A stretch of 64,000 nucleotides of DNA from a phage, in assembly GCA_022901335.1 (NCBI GenBank), contig GCA_022901335.1_3641.1, one strand, 5' to 3'. The translations under genes and the position numbers were made by a program. The notes under the pieces are model-generated. The model saw only the letters and a program-made list of their open reading frames with translations, made no database searches and was not told the origin of the DNA. Positions 48,252 to 57,306 of the stretch are shown piece by piece; the stretch's first letter is position 1; the number at the start of each line of letters is the position of its first letter.

Positions 48252-50319
48252 GTTTATACCCTCTGCATATAGCCGCTATGGAGAACCTAACCCAGTTGCA
48301 ACAAGATACAAAAGCGGAGGTAGTATGAAACGAGACTATCGCGATGAAAAAGAGGTTGAAACTGTAGAGACCGTTTTAGAAAATACTAAAATTGTCCCTG
48401 TCCCACAACAAAATATCGGTCTGATGGCTGCACAATATTTTGGTGTGCGATCAGCATTGTCCCAAGAGGACGGTGTGACAGTAACTGCAACATATTTCCC
48501 ATATTACGACCGCTACGGAAATCTATCTGGCTTTAAAAAGCGTGATTGGTCTAAGCCAAAAGAGCAGAAAGGGCACTGGTCTGTAGTGGGCATCGTAAAG
48601 GCCAACTCCCAGATGTTTGGTCAAAAGCTGTGTGCATCTTCCAACAACCGTAAGCAGATTAACGTTTGTGAGGGAGAAGGTGATGTTATTGCAGCATGGC
48701 AGGCTGCATATCAGATACAAGTAAAAGGGATTCTCACCAACGCTAAAGCCCCGGCAAAGGTGAAGCAGTGGGCTAAAGAGGTCCAGGACGGGATCGACGC
48801 AGTTATCAACGGTGGTGATCTGGCAGGAAAACCCTGCCTACCTTTTGTTGGAATTAACTGTGGATGTGCAAACGCAGTAGATACTTTTGCAAACAATGAG
48901 AAGTTTATCCGTAGCTATGGAACAGTTGTGCTGGCAATGGATAACGATGCAGCTAACGAGGTAGAGAAGCAAAAACACGTCATTAAAGGTGTTGAGGCTA
49001 CGCACAATATCGCAGCATTTTTGATGGCTGATAACGTTTACCACGTAGAGTACCCTGGTGAAGTAAACGATCCTGACGGTGTAAAAGATATCCGTGACAT
49101 GCTAAAGGCTAAAAAGCTGGAAGATATTGTCAACATGTTCCGTCACCCAGTCAAATATGTGCCCGATGCTGTATCTGATTTAGAAGACTTCTCCATTGAA
49201 TCTCTTCGTAAGAAGACTTCTAATGGCGTAGATATCAGCGCGGAGTTCCCTAAATTGCAGAAGATGCTGAAAGGACTCCACAAAGGCACCTTGATGATGC
49301 TGACAGGCCCATCTGGCGGTGGTAAAACAACTGTAGCCAAGAAACTAGAACACTGCATTGCAAAATACTTGATGGATCCGACATGCCCTAAAGCCGATGA
49401 TTATGAAGAGGATGATCGCCTGTGTCTGATTCACCTTGAAGAGGACCCTGAGGAAGCAATTAACTCTCTATACGCCAACCAGTTGGGGTTTGATGTTAAA
49501 GAGTTTGTTGAAGACCCTAGTCAGTTCCTGACTGATCAGGAGCATGCTGAGATTCACCAATCTTGGGCCAAGGCTGGAAAAATCAAAGTGTTCAAGCATT
49601 TTGGGTCTATTCCTGTAGATGAGTTGATCACTAAGCTTAAACAAATGGTGTGTCTGTATCACTGCCGTTACATTGTGCTGGATCACCTGTCCATGGTAAT
49701 TTCAGGGCTTAATGTTAAGGATGAGCGCAAAGAACTTGACATGGCTATGACGCAACTAGCCGCGTTCTGCAAGCAGTTTAATGTATTTATCTTGGTGATC
49801 GCTCACCTGAAACGCATAGAGATTGTGCCTCCAAAGGACAAGGATGGGAATCCGTTACCTTTCTGGTATCCTGTACGAAAAGAGAACCTTCGGGGTAGTG
49901 CCGGATTGGAGCAACTTAGCTGGGTAGTTGTTGGGGTGGAGGCAGAAGAGATGGTGGATCGTTCCCGTGGACGTGTCCGACTGGTAGGTCTTAAAAACCG
50001 CCCAGCAAAAACGTTAGGCATTGCGGATACCTTAGTTATGGATCCCCACACAGGTAAGTTCCATGATGCCAGCAACTGGTACTGGGACAAAGAAATGCAG
50101 ATGTTCACAGACGGCGAAGGTGGGGAGGTTGTTTGGAGACCTCAAGCTATGTTTGAGGATCAAGGGCACGCAGTTGTAGAAACACCTGTAGGTAGGGTTG
50201 TGGCTGATAAGGTTGTAACTCCTACTGTTAACCCTGTTGACACACAAGAAGATCTCCCGTATGATGATCCGTCCTCTGACCATGTTCCCGGTTTTGAGGA
50301 TGATGAAACACCTTTTTAA
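48241..50319 (+). CDS. primase-helicase (Toprim primase + DnaB/T7 gp4-like helicase)
   Basis: ATG 48241 after RBS GAGG; Toprim CEGEGD and LAMDNDAANE; Walker A GPSGGGKTT; Walker B-like IVLDHL. Confidence 0.75.
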   Translation: MGNKFIPSAYSRYGEPNPVATRYKSGGSMKRDYRDEKEVETVETVLENTKIVPVPQQNIGLMAAQYFGVRSALSQEDGVTVTATYFPYYDRYGNLSGFKKRDWSKPKEQKGHWSVVGIVKANSQMFGQKLCASSNNRKQINVCEGEGDVIAAWQAAYQIQVKGILTNAKAPAKVKQWAKEVQDGIDAVINGGDLAGKPCLPFVGINCGCANAVDTFANNEKFIRSYGTVVLAMDNDAANEVEKQKHVIKGVEATHNIAAFLMADNVYHVEYPGEVNDPDGVKDIRDMLKAKKLEDIVNMFRHPVKYVPDAVSDLEDFSIESLRKKTSNGVDISAEFPKLQKMLKGLHKGTLMMLTGPSGGGKTTVAKKLEHCIAKYLMDPTCPKADDYEEDDRLCLIHLEEDPEEAINSLYANQLGFDVKEFVEDPSQFLTDQEHAEIHQSWAKAGKIKVFKHFGSIPVDELITKLKQMVCLYHCRYIVLDHLSMVISGLNVKDERKELDMAMTQLAAFCKQFNVFILVIAHLKRIEIVPPKDKDGNPLPFWYPVRKENLRGSAGLEQLSWVVVGVEAEEMVDRSRGRVRLVGLKNRPAKTLGIADTLVMDPHTGKFHDASNWYWDKEMQMFTDGEGGEVVWRPQAMFEDQGHAVVETPVGRVVADKVVTPTVNPVDTQEDLPYDDPSSDHVPGFEDDETPF

Positions 50320-50377
50320 TGTTTAACCAAGAGTGGGAGGGGTAGTACAACCGCCTCCCCTTTAAGGAGAACTGTAT

Positions 50378-53300
50378 ATGAGCATGTGGTCTTTCGATTT
50401 TGAGTCATCCGGTTTGCTGGAAGACCCAGATCTTTATTATCACTGCGGCCTGTTTAAAGAGTTGAATAAGAACCGTTTTATGCTGTTCCTTCCTCTGAAT
50501 GACCGCACACACTACTCCGAGGAGGATATAGAGAAGGCTAAGAACTTTATTCTGGCAAAGAAAACTCTTTATAAGGATTTTGAAGTTCGCATAGCAGATT
50601 TTTCAGAGTTGGAAGGTTGGCTTACAGGCAATTCTGACTGGTCACCCACAGCTTTGAACTGCCACAACTGCTACAGCTACGACTTTATGCTGATGGAGAG
50701 ATTGTCCGGTATTCATTTTGATATGTTCCGTGATCCTAAGTGCATGGGGACTATCAACGACCACCAAGTTAATCTGTTTGATACGTTGGCGATGAGCCGA
50801 ATCTTGTGGCCTGATCGCCCTTTACCAAAAGGTTGTCCGGACTCTGTATTCAACCCGGTTACTAAGAAAATGCAGCCTGTTGGTCCTCACGGCCTTATGG
50901 CATGGGGCTACGCCCTTGGTAACCAGAAAGTTCAAATTGATGACTGGCGCGATCTTCCGTTGTGGAAGTATGTGGATCGTGTATTCGAGGACGTTATCAT
51001 CCAGGAGCTGCTCTGGAAAGAGCTGGTAGCGGAATCAAAAGGTGTATTCTACGGCAAATCTGACATGCAGAACTTTATGTACGATCCAGCCAAAGAGAAG
51101 CCGAAAGGGTTCAAGAAGATCACCTGGAAGAACGCATTACGTCGAGGAATGCTGCAGCACTTCCTGATGGAGCTGCAGGCCCGTCAGGGTGTATACTTCG
51201 ACATAGATGGGGCTATTGCTTTACGTGACCGTTGCGATGCGTGGATGAAAGAAATCGCTGATCGTGTTGAACCACAACTGCCTTTAAAAGAGCTGTCAAT
51301 GTCTCAGCGGCCCAAGTTCCCTGAAAAGCCGTTTAACCAAGACGGGACAATCTCTAATAATGGTTGGAAATGGTTAAAAGATAAGCTTGGCTATCCTGTA
51401 GACATGAGTGCTTTAGAGTTCAAAGCCCCGCCTAAGCGAGCATTTACCTCTACAGGAGATGTCAGTAAGATGGGGATAAAATGGTGTGAAGAGATGGGCT
51501 GCAAAGACCCCGATAAGATGGCTGATTTCTTGAGAGGCTATATTAAGGGCACCTCCACACCACAACCTTTACCTAAAGAGCTAATGGATCAGGCAATAAG
51601 TGATCTACAGCAGAAGCGAATGCCGGACTGCAAGATACCTATGAAAATCAGCAACCAGGACGACATTAAGCGATACCTGATCAGTGCTGGTTGGCTTCCA
51701 ACAATGTGGAGAACTAAGGATGTAACTAAAGACAGCAAGAAGAAAGCTCTACCTGATGCAGATGTTGATGCACGAGTATATGCATATATGGACGAGCTTT
51801 TAGAGTCAGAGTATTGTGACCTGATTATCAACTTCTGGAACAAAACTGATGCTAAGTTCCAGACAACCGTGCACAAGTTCCGAAGCTTTCCTAACTCCGA
51901 AAGGATTAAAAAGGAAGTATTCGGGAAAATACGTAGAAAAGCTAGGGCACTTATTACTTCTCCGCAACTGAAAGATACGTTTGGACACCTATGCCCTAAT
52001 CTTGAAAAATTGAACGGAGAGATGGCTAAAGATATCGTCTTGTGGTTATCATTGCGAAACCGCAGATCGGTCCTTGATCCAATCAAGGAGGATAAGGTTG
52101 ATACTGGTCTTCTTAATCACCCACGTTTGAAGATTGACCATAAGCTTCCTGCTAAAAGTTCTGGATTAACAAACACTTCCCGACAGAAACACAGTATTTG
52201 TGCAAACATGCCTAAACCATCTCCTAAAGTGGTTATGGGTAAAGAGATGCGTAGTCTGTGGGGTGTTCCTCCAGGATACTTTGAGATCGGTATTGACGGG
52301 TCCAACTTAGAGCAGCTTATCGGGGCTTGGGGTGCCTTTGAGTTCGACAACGGCCTGTATTACGATGTTGTAAGTAATGGCGATGCACACTGTTATTCAG
52401 GAGATACACAAATTCTCACGGAGAAAGGGTGGGTGAGGTTTGAAGATCTTGATCCGGGAACACAAGTGTTCCAGTACGATCACAGCACCTCGTCAATGAA
52501 CCTTGTTACTCCATTAAATTACGTTAAGCGTAGTTATTATGGGGATATGTATCATTTCCACAACAGTAGTGTGGATTTTATGGTTACAGATCAACACCGG
52601 ATGCTGACTGTGGATCACAGAAGCAATAAATTGTTTGAAGATTTGGCAAAAGACCTGAAAGCAGGTAAAGGGTCTAATTCAGGAAGAAGGTTTATCCATG
52701 CGGCAGAGTTTTATGGGAATACAGCCTTATCTCCTGCCCAGGTTAATTTGCTTATTGCTATTCACGATGATGGGCACTTGCATACAAATAAGGACGGCAG
52801 CATCGTGTGCAGGATTCAGGTCGGAAAGGGAAGAAAAGTTGCAACGCTTTTAGATACTTTTTCTGCTCTAAGCCTTAGTTATGTAGAGCAGAGCGGGAAA
52901 ACCACAAAAGGAGGCTTACTGGCGAGAAGGTTCCAATTCCACGTTCCGTCCTGGGTATTTGAGTTTTTGGACAGCAATAAGGATTTCACCTACAACCTGA
53001 TGAACCTTGATAAAGAATCTAAAAACCTGTTTATAGCTTCTTTATCTAACTGGGACGGGTGGGTATCTTCCGAAGGTGGAAAGGTTGCTTACTACTCTCA
53101 GGCCGAGTGCAGGAAGAAATCTGTAGAGGTGGTGTCTGCGCTGGCTACTCAGTGTGGTTTACGGAATAATACGGTGGCGATTCACAAAAAAGGTCGTGCC
53201 GTGCAGCACAGAATCACAATTGGTAGCAAACAAAGAGCAGGGTTGCTGACACTATCTAAAGAGTCTGTCGAGGTGAGCGGTTCTTTGGTTTATTGCGTTA

Positions 53301-54124
53301 CCGTCCCTTCTGGAGCAATCATTGTGAGAAGGAATGGTAAAGTGGCAGTGTGCGGTAACTGTAATAACGCCAAAGCTTACTCTTCTGTAGCAGGCAAGGA
53401 GATTTCCCGTAACGACGGTAAACCTATCACGTATGGGGTTATGTACGGGGCACAAAAAGATAAAGTTGCAGATATGCTGGACATCTCTCCAGAGTTGGGA
53501 CAAAGGGTAATCGATGCGCTTTGGGATGCCAACCCTGGTCTTAAGGGCCGTAAAGAGGATCTGGAGAAATTCTGGGAAGCAACGGGTAAGAAGTTTATCT
53601 ACTCTTTTGATGGTCATGCCATCTGGACCCGATCTAAACACTCTTTACTTAATGCATACCAACAGAATGGTGGTGCATCGCTGTGTGACTTGGTTGGGAT
53701 ACTTATGCACCACCAAATGGTGAAGCGTGGGTGGTACGATGAAGGTGTTCGTCGTATTATCTATTACCATGACGAATATCAGCTTCAAGTACCTGACACA
53801 CCGAAGTATAAGACTGTGTACACCTTCGACACAATTGAAGAATTGGAAGCATTTAAGGCAGAGCAGGAGGCCAAACTTCATGTGTTCGACGGTCATAAGT
53901 ACAAAAAGGCACGCAAGGATGAAAACGGAAACGAAGTGGTTGACAGAGACGGAAACACGGTGTACGATCCTATCCTGAACGATGACGGAAAGCTTGAACT
54001 TATCTGGAGTCCTGTGGGCGAAATGGTGGTACATTGCTTCTGGCAAGCTTCTAAAATGATGGGAGTCCCGTTCCAGATCACAGGTGAATACTTGTGTGGT
54101 CGTAATTGGGGTGATTGTCACTAA
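50378..54124 (+). CDS. family A (T7-like) DNA polymerase with intein insertion
   Basis: Exo I FDFESSGL; motif A IGIDGSNLEQL; motif B RNDGKPITYGVMYG; motif C YYHDEYQLQV; about 323 aa inserted between A and B. Confidence 0.85.
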   Translation: MSMWSFDFESSGLLEDPDLYYHCGLFKELNKNRFMLFLPLNDRTHYSEEDIEKAKNFILAKKTLYKDFEVRIADFSELEGWLTGNSDWSPTALNCHNCYSYDFMLMERLSGIHFDMFRDPKCMGTINDHQVNLFDTLAMSRILWPDRPLPKGCPDSVFNPVTKKMQPVGPHGLMAWGYALGNQKVQIDDWRDLPLWKYVDRVFEDVIIQELLWKELVAESKGVFYGKSDMQNFMYDPAKEKPKGFKKITWKNALRRGMLQHFLMELQARQGVYFDIDGAIALRDRCDAWMKEIADRVEPQLPLKELSMSQRPKFPEKPFNQDGTISNNGWKWLKDKLGYPVDMSALEFKAPPKRAFTSTGDVSKMGIKWCEEMGCKDPDKMADFLRGYIKGTSTPQPLPKELMDQAISDLQQKRMPDCKIPMKISNQDDIKRYLISAGWLPTMWRTKDVTKDSKKKALPDADVDARVYAYMDELLESEYCDLIINFWNKTDAKFQTTVHKFRSFPNSERIKKEVFGKIRRKARALITSPQLKDTFGHLCPNLEKLNGEMAKDIVLWLSLRNRRSVLDPIKEDKVDTGLLNHPRLKIDHKLPAKSSGLTNTSRQKHSICANMPKPSPKVVMGKEMRSLWGVPPGYFEIGIDGSNLEQLIGAWGAFEFDNGLYYDVVSNGDAHCYSGDTQILTEKGWVRFEDLDPGTQVFQYDHSTSSMNLVTPLNYVKRSYYGDMYHFHNSSVDFMVTDQHRMLTVDHRSNKLFEDLAKDLKAGKGSNSGRRFIHAAEFYGNTALSPAQVNLLIAIHDDGHLHTNKDGSIVCRIQVGKGRKVATLLDTFSALSLSYVEQSGKTTKGGLLARRFQFHVPSWVFEFLDSNKDFTYNLMNLDKESKNLFIASLSNWDGWVSSEGGKVAYYSQAECRKKSVEVVSALATQCGLRNNTVAIHKKGRAVQHRITIGSKQRAGLLTLSKESVEVSGSLVYCVTVPSGAIIVRRNGKVAVCGNCNNAKAYSSVAGKEISRNDGKPITYGVMYGAQKDKVADMLDISPELGQRVIDALWDANPGLKGRKEDLEKFWEATGKKFIYSFDGHAIWTRSKHSLLNAYQQNGGASLCDLVGILMHHQMVKRGWYDEGVRRIIYYHDEYQLQVPDTPKYKTVYTFDTIEELEAFKAEQEAKLHVFDGHKYKKARKDENGNEVVDRDGNTVYDPILNDDGKLELIWSPVGEMVVHCFWQASKMMGVPFQITGEYLCGRNWGDCH
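52391..53359 (+). mobile_element. intein with LAGLIDADG homing-endonuclease domain inside the DNA polymerase gene
   Basis: block A CYSGDTQILTEKGWV after extein GDAH; block B TDQH; LAGLIDADG-like LLIAIHDDGHL and FIASLSNWDGW; ends VAVCGN before +1 Cys. Confidence 0.65.
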
Positions 54125-54173
54125 TGTAAACTATCAACACATGGAAGTGTTGTTGAGCAAAGAGGAGACTTTT

Positions 54174-54458
54174 ATGGTAGTAGAACCAACAAAAACATTT
54201 ACATCTATGACTATCCCTGTTATTATGCAGGTGGAGTGTGTTCAGGTATCTCAAGTGTGGCCTGGTACCAAAATCCCAACAGGGCCTGATTTCTTTCAGG
54301 TTGGGAAAGTGTACAATGTCTGGAAGGCACCAGATTGTTACCCTTTCATCAAAGATGACCGTGGAATGTTGTGGTATCTTGGAAATGATTTGACACTTCA
54401 CCTTGGGAATGTTATTATTGCAGTATTCAGACTTAACAAGAAGGAGACCGATCAATGA
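54174..54458 (+). CDS. small protein, early paralog family 2 (member a)
   Basis: ATG 54174 after RBS AGAGGAG (track ORF 54084 overlaps the polymerase 3' end); shares F.VG..Y......KDD.G..WYL motif. Confidence 0.4.
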   Translation: MVVEPTKTFTSMTIPVIMQVECVQVSQVWPGTKIPTGPDFFQVGKVYNVWKAPDCYPFIKDDRGMLWYLGNDLTLHLGNVIIAVFRLNKKETDQ

Positions 54459-54682
54459 CAACTTTGGTTAAAGCTACTTTTGTAGAAGAAAAGATGACAG
54501 ACCTGTCATTCTTTAAAGAAGGAAATACCTACGAGGTTTATTACGATAAAGCTCGTGCAAACAAAATGATTAAAGACGAGGAAGGGGTTGCCTGGTATAT
54601 CTCTCACCTAGCAAACGGTGAGTATCATATCTACGGAACCACTTTGCTTGCCAAGTTTGTAGTTGTTGAAGAGGACCTATGA
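54455..54682 (+). CDS. small protein, early paralog family 2 (member b)
   Basis: RBS AAGGAGA; FKEGNTYEVYY...KDEEGVAWYISHLANGEYHIYG. Confidence 0.45.
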   Translation: MTTLVKATFVEEKMTDLSFFKEGNTYEVYYDKARANKMIKDEEGVAWYISHLANGEYHIYGTTLLAKFVVVEEDL

Positions 54683-54873
54683 AAGTAAAGTATCTTGCTG
54701 AAGGTATGAATAGGTATTTTACCCTTGGTGAAGAATATTGGCCCTTTACAAACAACGGCGATGTCTACGTGAAAGATAATTTCGGCACGCCGTGGTTTCT
54801 GCACTCTAATGGGCTGGGATACTCCATTTACTGCGGTGCAGTGAACAACACAACTCTTGCAGAGTTCGTTTAG
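54679..54873 (+). CDS. small protein, early paralog family 2 (member c)
   Basis: FTLGEEYWPF...KDNFGTPWFLHSNGLGYSIY. Confidence 0.45.
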   Translation: MKVKYLAEGMNRYFTLGEEYWPFTNNGDVYVKDNFGTPWFLHSNGLGYSIYCGAVNNTTLAEFV

Positions 54874-54883
54874 AGGAGGTAGG

Positions 54884-55255
54884 ATGTTAGTAAAAGGTAC
54901 CCACACAGTCAAACAACGTATTGAAGTTGAGATTGATGATTGTGAGCTGAAGCATATTTTACGGTCATGCTCCAACGTTTTGCTCCTTAGTATTCTTCAG
55001 GAGCGAGCGGAGAACGAGTTCTTAAATGCATTGGCAGGCCGTCCTGGTGACTTCTGTGTGCGTAAGCGTGGTGACAACAAGTCATGGCTGTGGGAAATCG
55101 ATGCCGACTGGGATTACCACAAAAATGAGGGTATAGATGAGCCTATTCGTGAATTGACAGACAAAGAGGTTCAGACGTACAATGAAGTTTGTCATTGGGC
55201 AACACGCCAACAAATTTACCTCGACCCTGTGTGGCTGATTGAAAATAGCCATTGA
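54884..55255 (+). CDS. hypothetical protein
   Basis: ATG 54884 after RBS AGAGGAGG. Confidence 0.45.
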   Translation: MLVKGTHTVKQRIEVEIDDCELKHILRSCSNVLLLSILQERAENEFLNALAGRPGDFCVRKRGDNKSWLWEIDADWDYHKNEGIDEPIRELTDKEVQTYNEVCHWATRQQIYLDPVWLIENSH

Positions 55256-55280
55256 CAAGAAGTAAGATTAGATATAAGAT
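55252..55280 (+). promoter_or_regulatory. sigma70-like promoter TTGACA-N17-TAAGAT
   Basis: consensus -35, 17-bp spacer; upstream of 55332 gene. Confidence 0.45.
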
Positions 55281-55331
55281 GCTTCACACAAACAGATCGG
55301 TGATTTTTAAATAACTAAGGAGACTGCCAAG

Positions 55332-55586
55332 ATGAAAATTACTTTGAAGCCAGAATGCGTTGCAAATGACCGAGCTTTTAAAGATTGCACAGTCGGTGCA
55401 ATTTATGAAGCAGAGTTTTGTGAGAACCCTCTGGTAAAAGCCCTTCTGGAAGAAGGGGCCCCTTTATCACAAGAAGAGATCGATGAGCTGGAAAACTCAG
55501 CACAGTGCCTTACCTTTAAAGATGATGAAGGAGACTCTGTCTGGTGCACTGTTAATGAAGTCGTTTTTGTAAAACCTGAACATTAA
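55332..55586 (+). CDS. small protein, early paralog family 3 (member a)
   Basis: RBS AAGGAGA; AFKDCTVGAIYEA...LTFKDDEGDSVWCTVNEV. Confidence 0.5.
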   Translation: MKITLKPECVANDRAFKDCTVGAIYEAEFCENPLVKALLEEGAPLSQEEIDELENSAQCLTFKDDEGDSVWCTVNEVVFVKPEH

Positions 55587-55589
55587 TAC

Positions 55590-55627
55590 TTGACAACAGC
55601 GATAGGACCTAATACAATGGTCCTATC
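55590..55627 (+). promoter_or_regulatory. sigma70 promoter TTGACA-N17-TACAAT with 9-bp inverted repeat bracketing the -10
   Basis: GATAGGACC (55601-55609) and GGTCCTATC (55619-55627) flank TACAAT. Confidence 0.5.
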
Positions 55628-55649
55628 AAAACGAAAGGGGACCACAACA

Positions 55650-55910
55650 ATGACCAAACAATACCAACGAATTAAAGCCAAGGTTAAGCCAGACTATCTG
55701 GAGAAGGACTCTGCTTTTCGGGACTGCACAGCTGACAAAGTTTACACAGGGGCCGTCCTGTTGAACGATGAACTTGAAGTAGATGTGCTGGGTAAAGAGG
55801 CCGTTATCGAGGATGACAACGGTGACTGTGTTTTCTGCACCACACGAGAGCTAGAAGTCTTAGAATATTTCGGTGAAATCTTCAACTCCTTAGACGACGA
55901 GGAAGCGTGA
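55650..55910 (+). CDS. small protein, early paralog family 3 (member b)
   Basis: internal ATG 55650 chosen because the track start lies upstream of the promoter; AFRDCTADKVYTG...IEDDNGDCVFCTTRELEV. Confidence 0.45.
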   Translation: MTKQYQRIKAKVKPDYLEKDSAFRDCTADKVYTGAVLLNDELEVDVLGKEAVIEDDNGDCVFCTTRELEVLEYFGEIFNSLDDEEA

Positions 55911-56299
55911 TGAAAAATATTTGGGATATCGATATCTTTGAAGCCTCTAAGCTTGACGGTGCTGATGGAGTGATTATGGTGTCTGATGGCAAGGCAACAC
56001 TAACTTCCGGAGATATCATCTATGCCTTGGACGAGCTGGCGCTTCTGAAATCTACCGGTAACACTTTGGAGGAGCGTCTTCAAGGATTCGCTTTCAAAGA
56101 AGGTACAAATACAGCCATGATGTGCACCACACGGACAGTTCAGGTTGGTAACGGTGTCTATATGATTATTGCTGTGTGTCCTAAATTCAGCAACGTCAAC
56201 AAAGATGATGCTGACGCGGTCAACGATGTGGTTGTTCTCTTCGTGGGTGACGCTATGGCAGATCTGATGAATGCAGGAGAAGCAGCAAATGAAGACTGA
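55907..56299 (+). CDS. hypothetical protein
   Basis: 130 aa, ATGA overlap. Confidence 0.5.
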   Translation: MMKNIWDIDIFEASKLDGADGVIMVSDGKATLTSGDIIYALDELALLKSTGNTLEERLQGFAFKEGTNTAMMCTTRTVQVGNGVYMIIAVCPKFSNVNKDDADAVNDVVVLFVGDAMADLMNAGEAANED

Positions 56300-56591
56300 A
56301 AACATCACCCCAGCAGGGTTCTTAAAAGTATACCGTGAACTGCTATATACTACAGAGGACAGTGTTCTAGAGTATCCAGAATATCTTTTGCTGTATAAGT
56401 ATCTGCAGGAGGCTGGTGAAAATCTGCCAGTTAGTGCAGAAGGTGGTCCAAACTGGATATACAGCGCATGGAGAAAGGTTGACATTCTCCCAGACCCAGG
56501 TAAAGATATGGTAGTTTGGCAGCTTATCAACAACATCGGGATTCCAATCTTTGATGAAGCTGTTAAAATCTATTTTGAACTTGACGATTAA
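56289..56591 (+). CDS. hypothetical protein
   Basis: ATG 56289 after RBS AGGAGAAG. Confidence 0.45.
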   Translation: MKTENITPAGFLKVYRELLYTTEDSVLEYPEYLLLYKYLQEAGENLPVSAEGGPNWIYSAWRKVDILPDPGKDMVVWQLINNIGIPIFDEAVKIYFELDD

Positions 56592-56608
56592 TATCAGGAG
56601 ACCTTAAG

Positions 56609-56854
56609 ATGACTGAAGCAGTTGCTCGCGCAGGACAGAAAGTACGTTGTGTTGAAGTAGGTTTTGGTGGCAAAGGGTGTCAAAACTTGACTCAAGGCAA
56701 GGAATATGCTGTTATCTCTGGTGGTGGCGACGAAAGTATTGTGTTCGAGGGCCACATCCTGGATGCTGAAAACTTTGAAATCTTTGACGACGATGGGGAT
56801 CCGATCACCTGCCTGCTGGACGGGAATTGGGGAACTTTCGAAGTGATTGGCTAA
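56609..56854 (+). CDS. small protein, early paralog family 3 (member c)
   Basis: RBS AGGAGA; GCQNLTQGKEYAV...FDDDGDPITCLLDG. Confidence 0.45.
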   Translation: MTEAVARAGQKVRCVEVGFGGKGCQNLTQGKEYAVISGGGDESIVFEGHILDAENFEIFDDDGDPITCLLDGNWGTFEVIG

Positions 56855-56864
56855 CAAATACCTA

Positions 56865-56906
56865 TTGTAATTTACAGAAGGGGATGCTAAAATAGTGTCT
56901 CCTTCT
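56865..56906 (+). promoter_or_regulatory. sigma70 promoter TTGTAA-N17-TAAAAT with inverted repeat bracketing the -10
   Basis: AGAAGGGGA (56876-56884) and TCTCCTTCT (56898-56906), one mismatch, flank TAAAAT. Confidence 0.45.
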
Positions 56907-56937
56907 ATGTTGTTCAAATAAAATCGGAGATTCCATA

Positions 56938-57306
56938 ATGGAACAAATGAACGATCAAGAGTCGGTTGCGATGAACGAGCAAGAACAACCTCAAGAATTT
57001 TTCTTAGGGTTAAGTAAAGATCAAGTGTCTCTTTTGCTAGTGCTTTCTTCTTTCATGGGAAGACTTCAGGAGCTCACACAACAACCGGAGGCTGAACAAT
57101 TATTTCAGGCTCTGCGTGAAGAAGAAAAATATCGTCGTTTGGACTATGCCTTAGGTTGGGTAGCTCAACAACGAGATATGTTGATGGCCCTCTCTGGGAC
57201 CACAAGTTTTGCAATGGGCCTGTTGGCTCAAGTTCAGGACAAATTAATTCAAGCAGGGTTTGCACACACGGCAAACACTAACGAAGAACAAGGAGACAAA
57301 GAATGA
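56938..57306 (+). CDS. hypothetical coiled-coil protein
   Basis: 122 aa, RBS GGAGA. Confidence 0.5.
   Translation: MEQMNDQESVAMNEQEQPQEFFLGLSKDQVSLLLVLSSFMGRLQELTQQPEAEQLFQALREEEKYRRLDYALGWVAQQRDMLMALSGTTSFAMGLLAQVQDKLIQAGFAHTANTNEEQGDKE

Noticed and set aside
54084-54173. 5' extension of ORF 54084..54458 overlapping the last 40 nt of the DNA polymerase gene
   Set aside because: No RBS upstream of 54084, whereas ATG 54174 is preceded by AGAGGAG; the gene is called from 54174.
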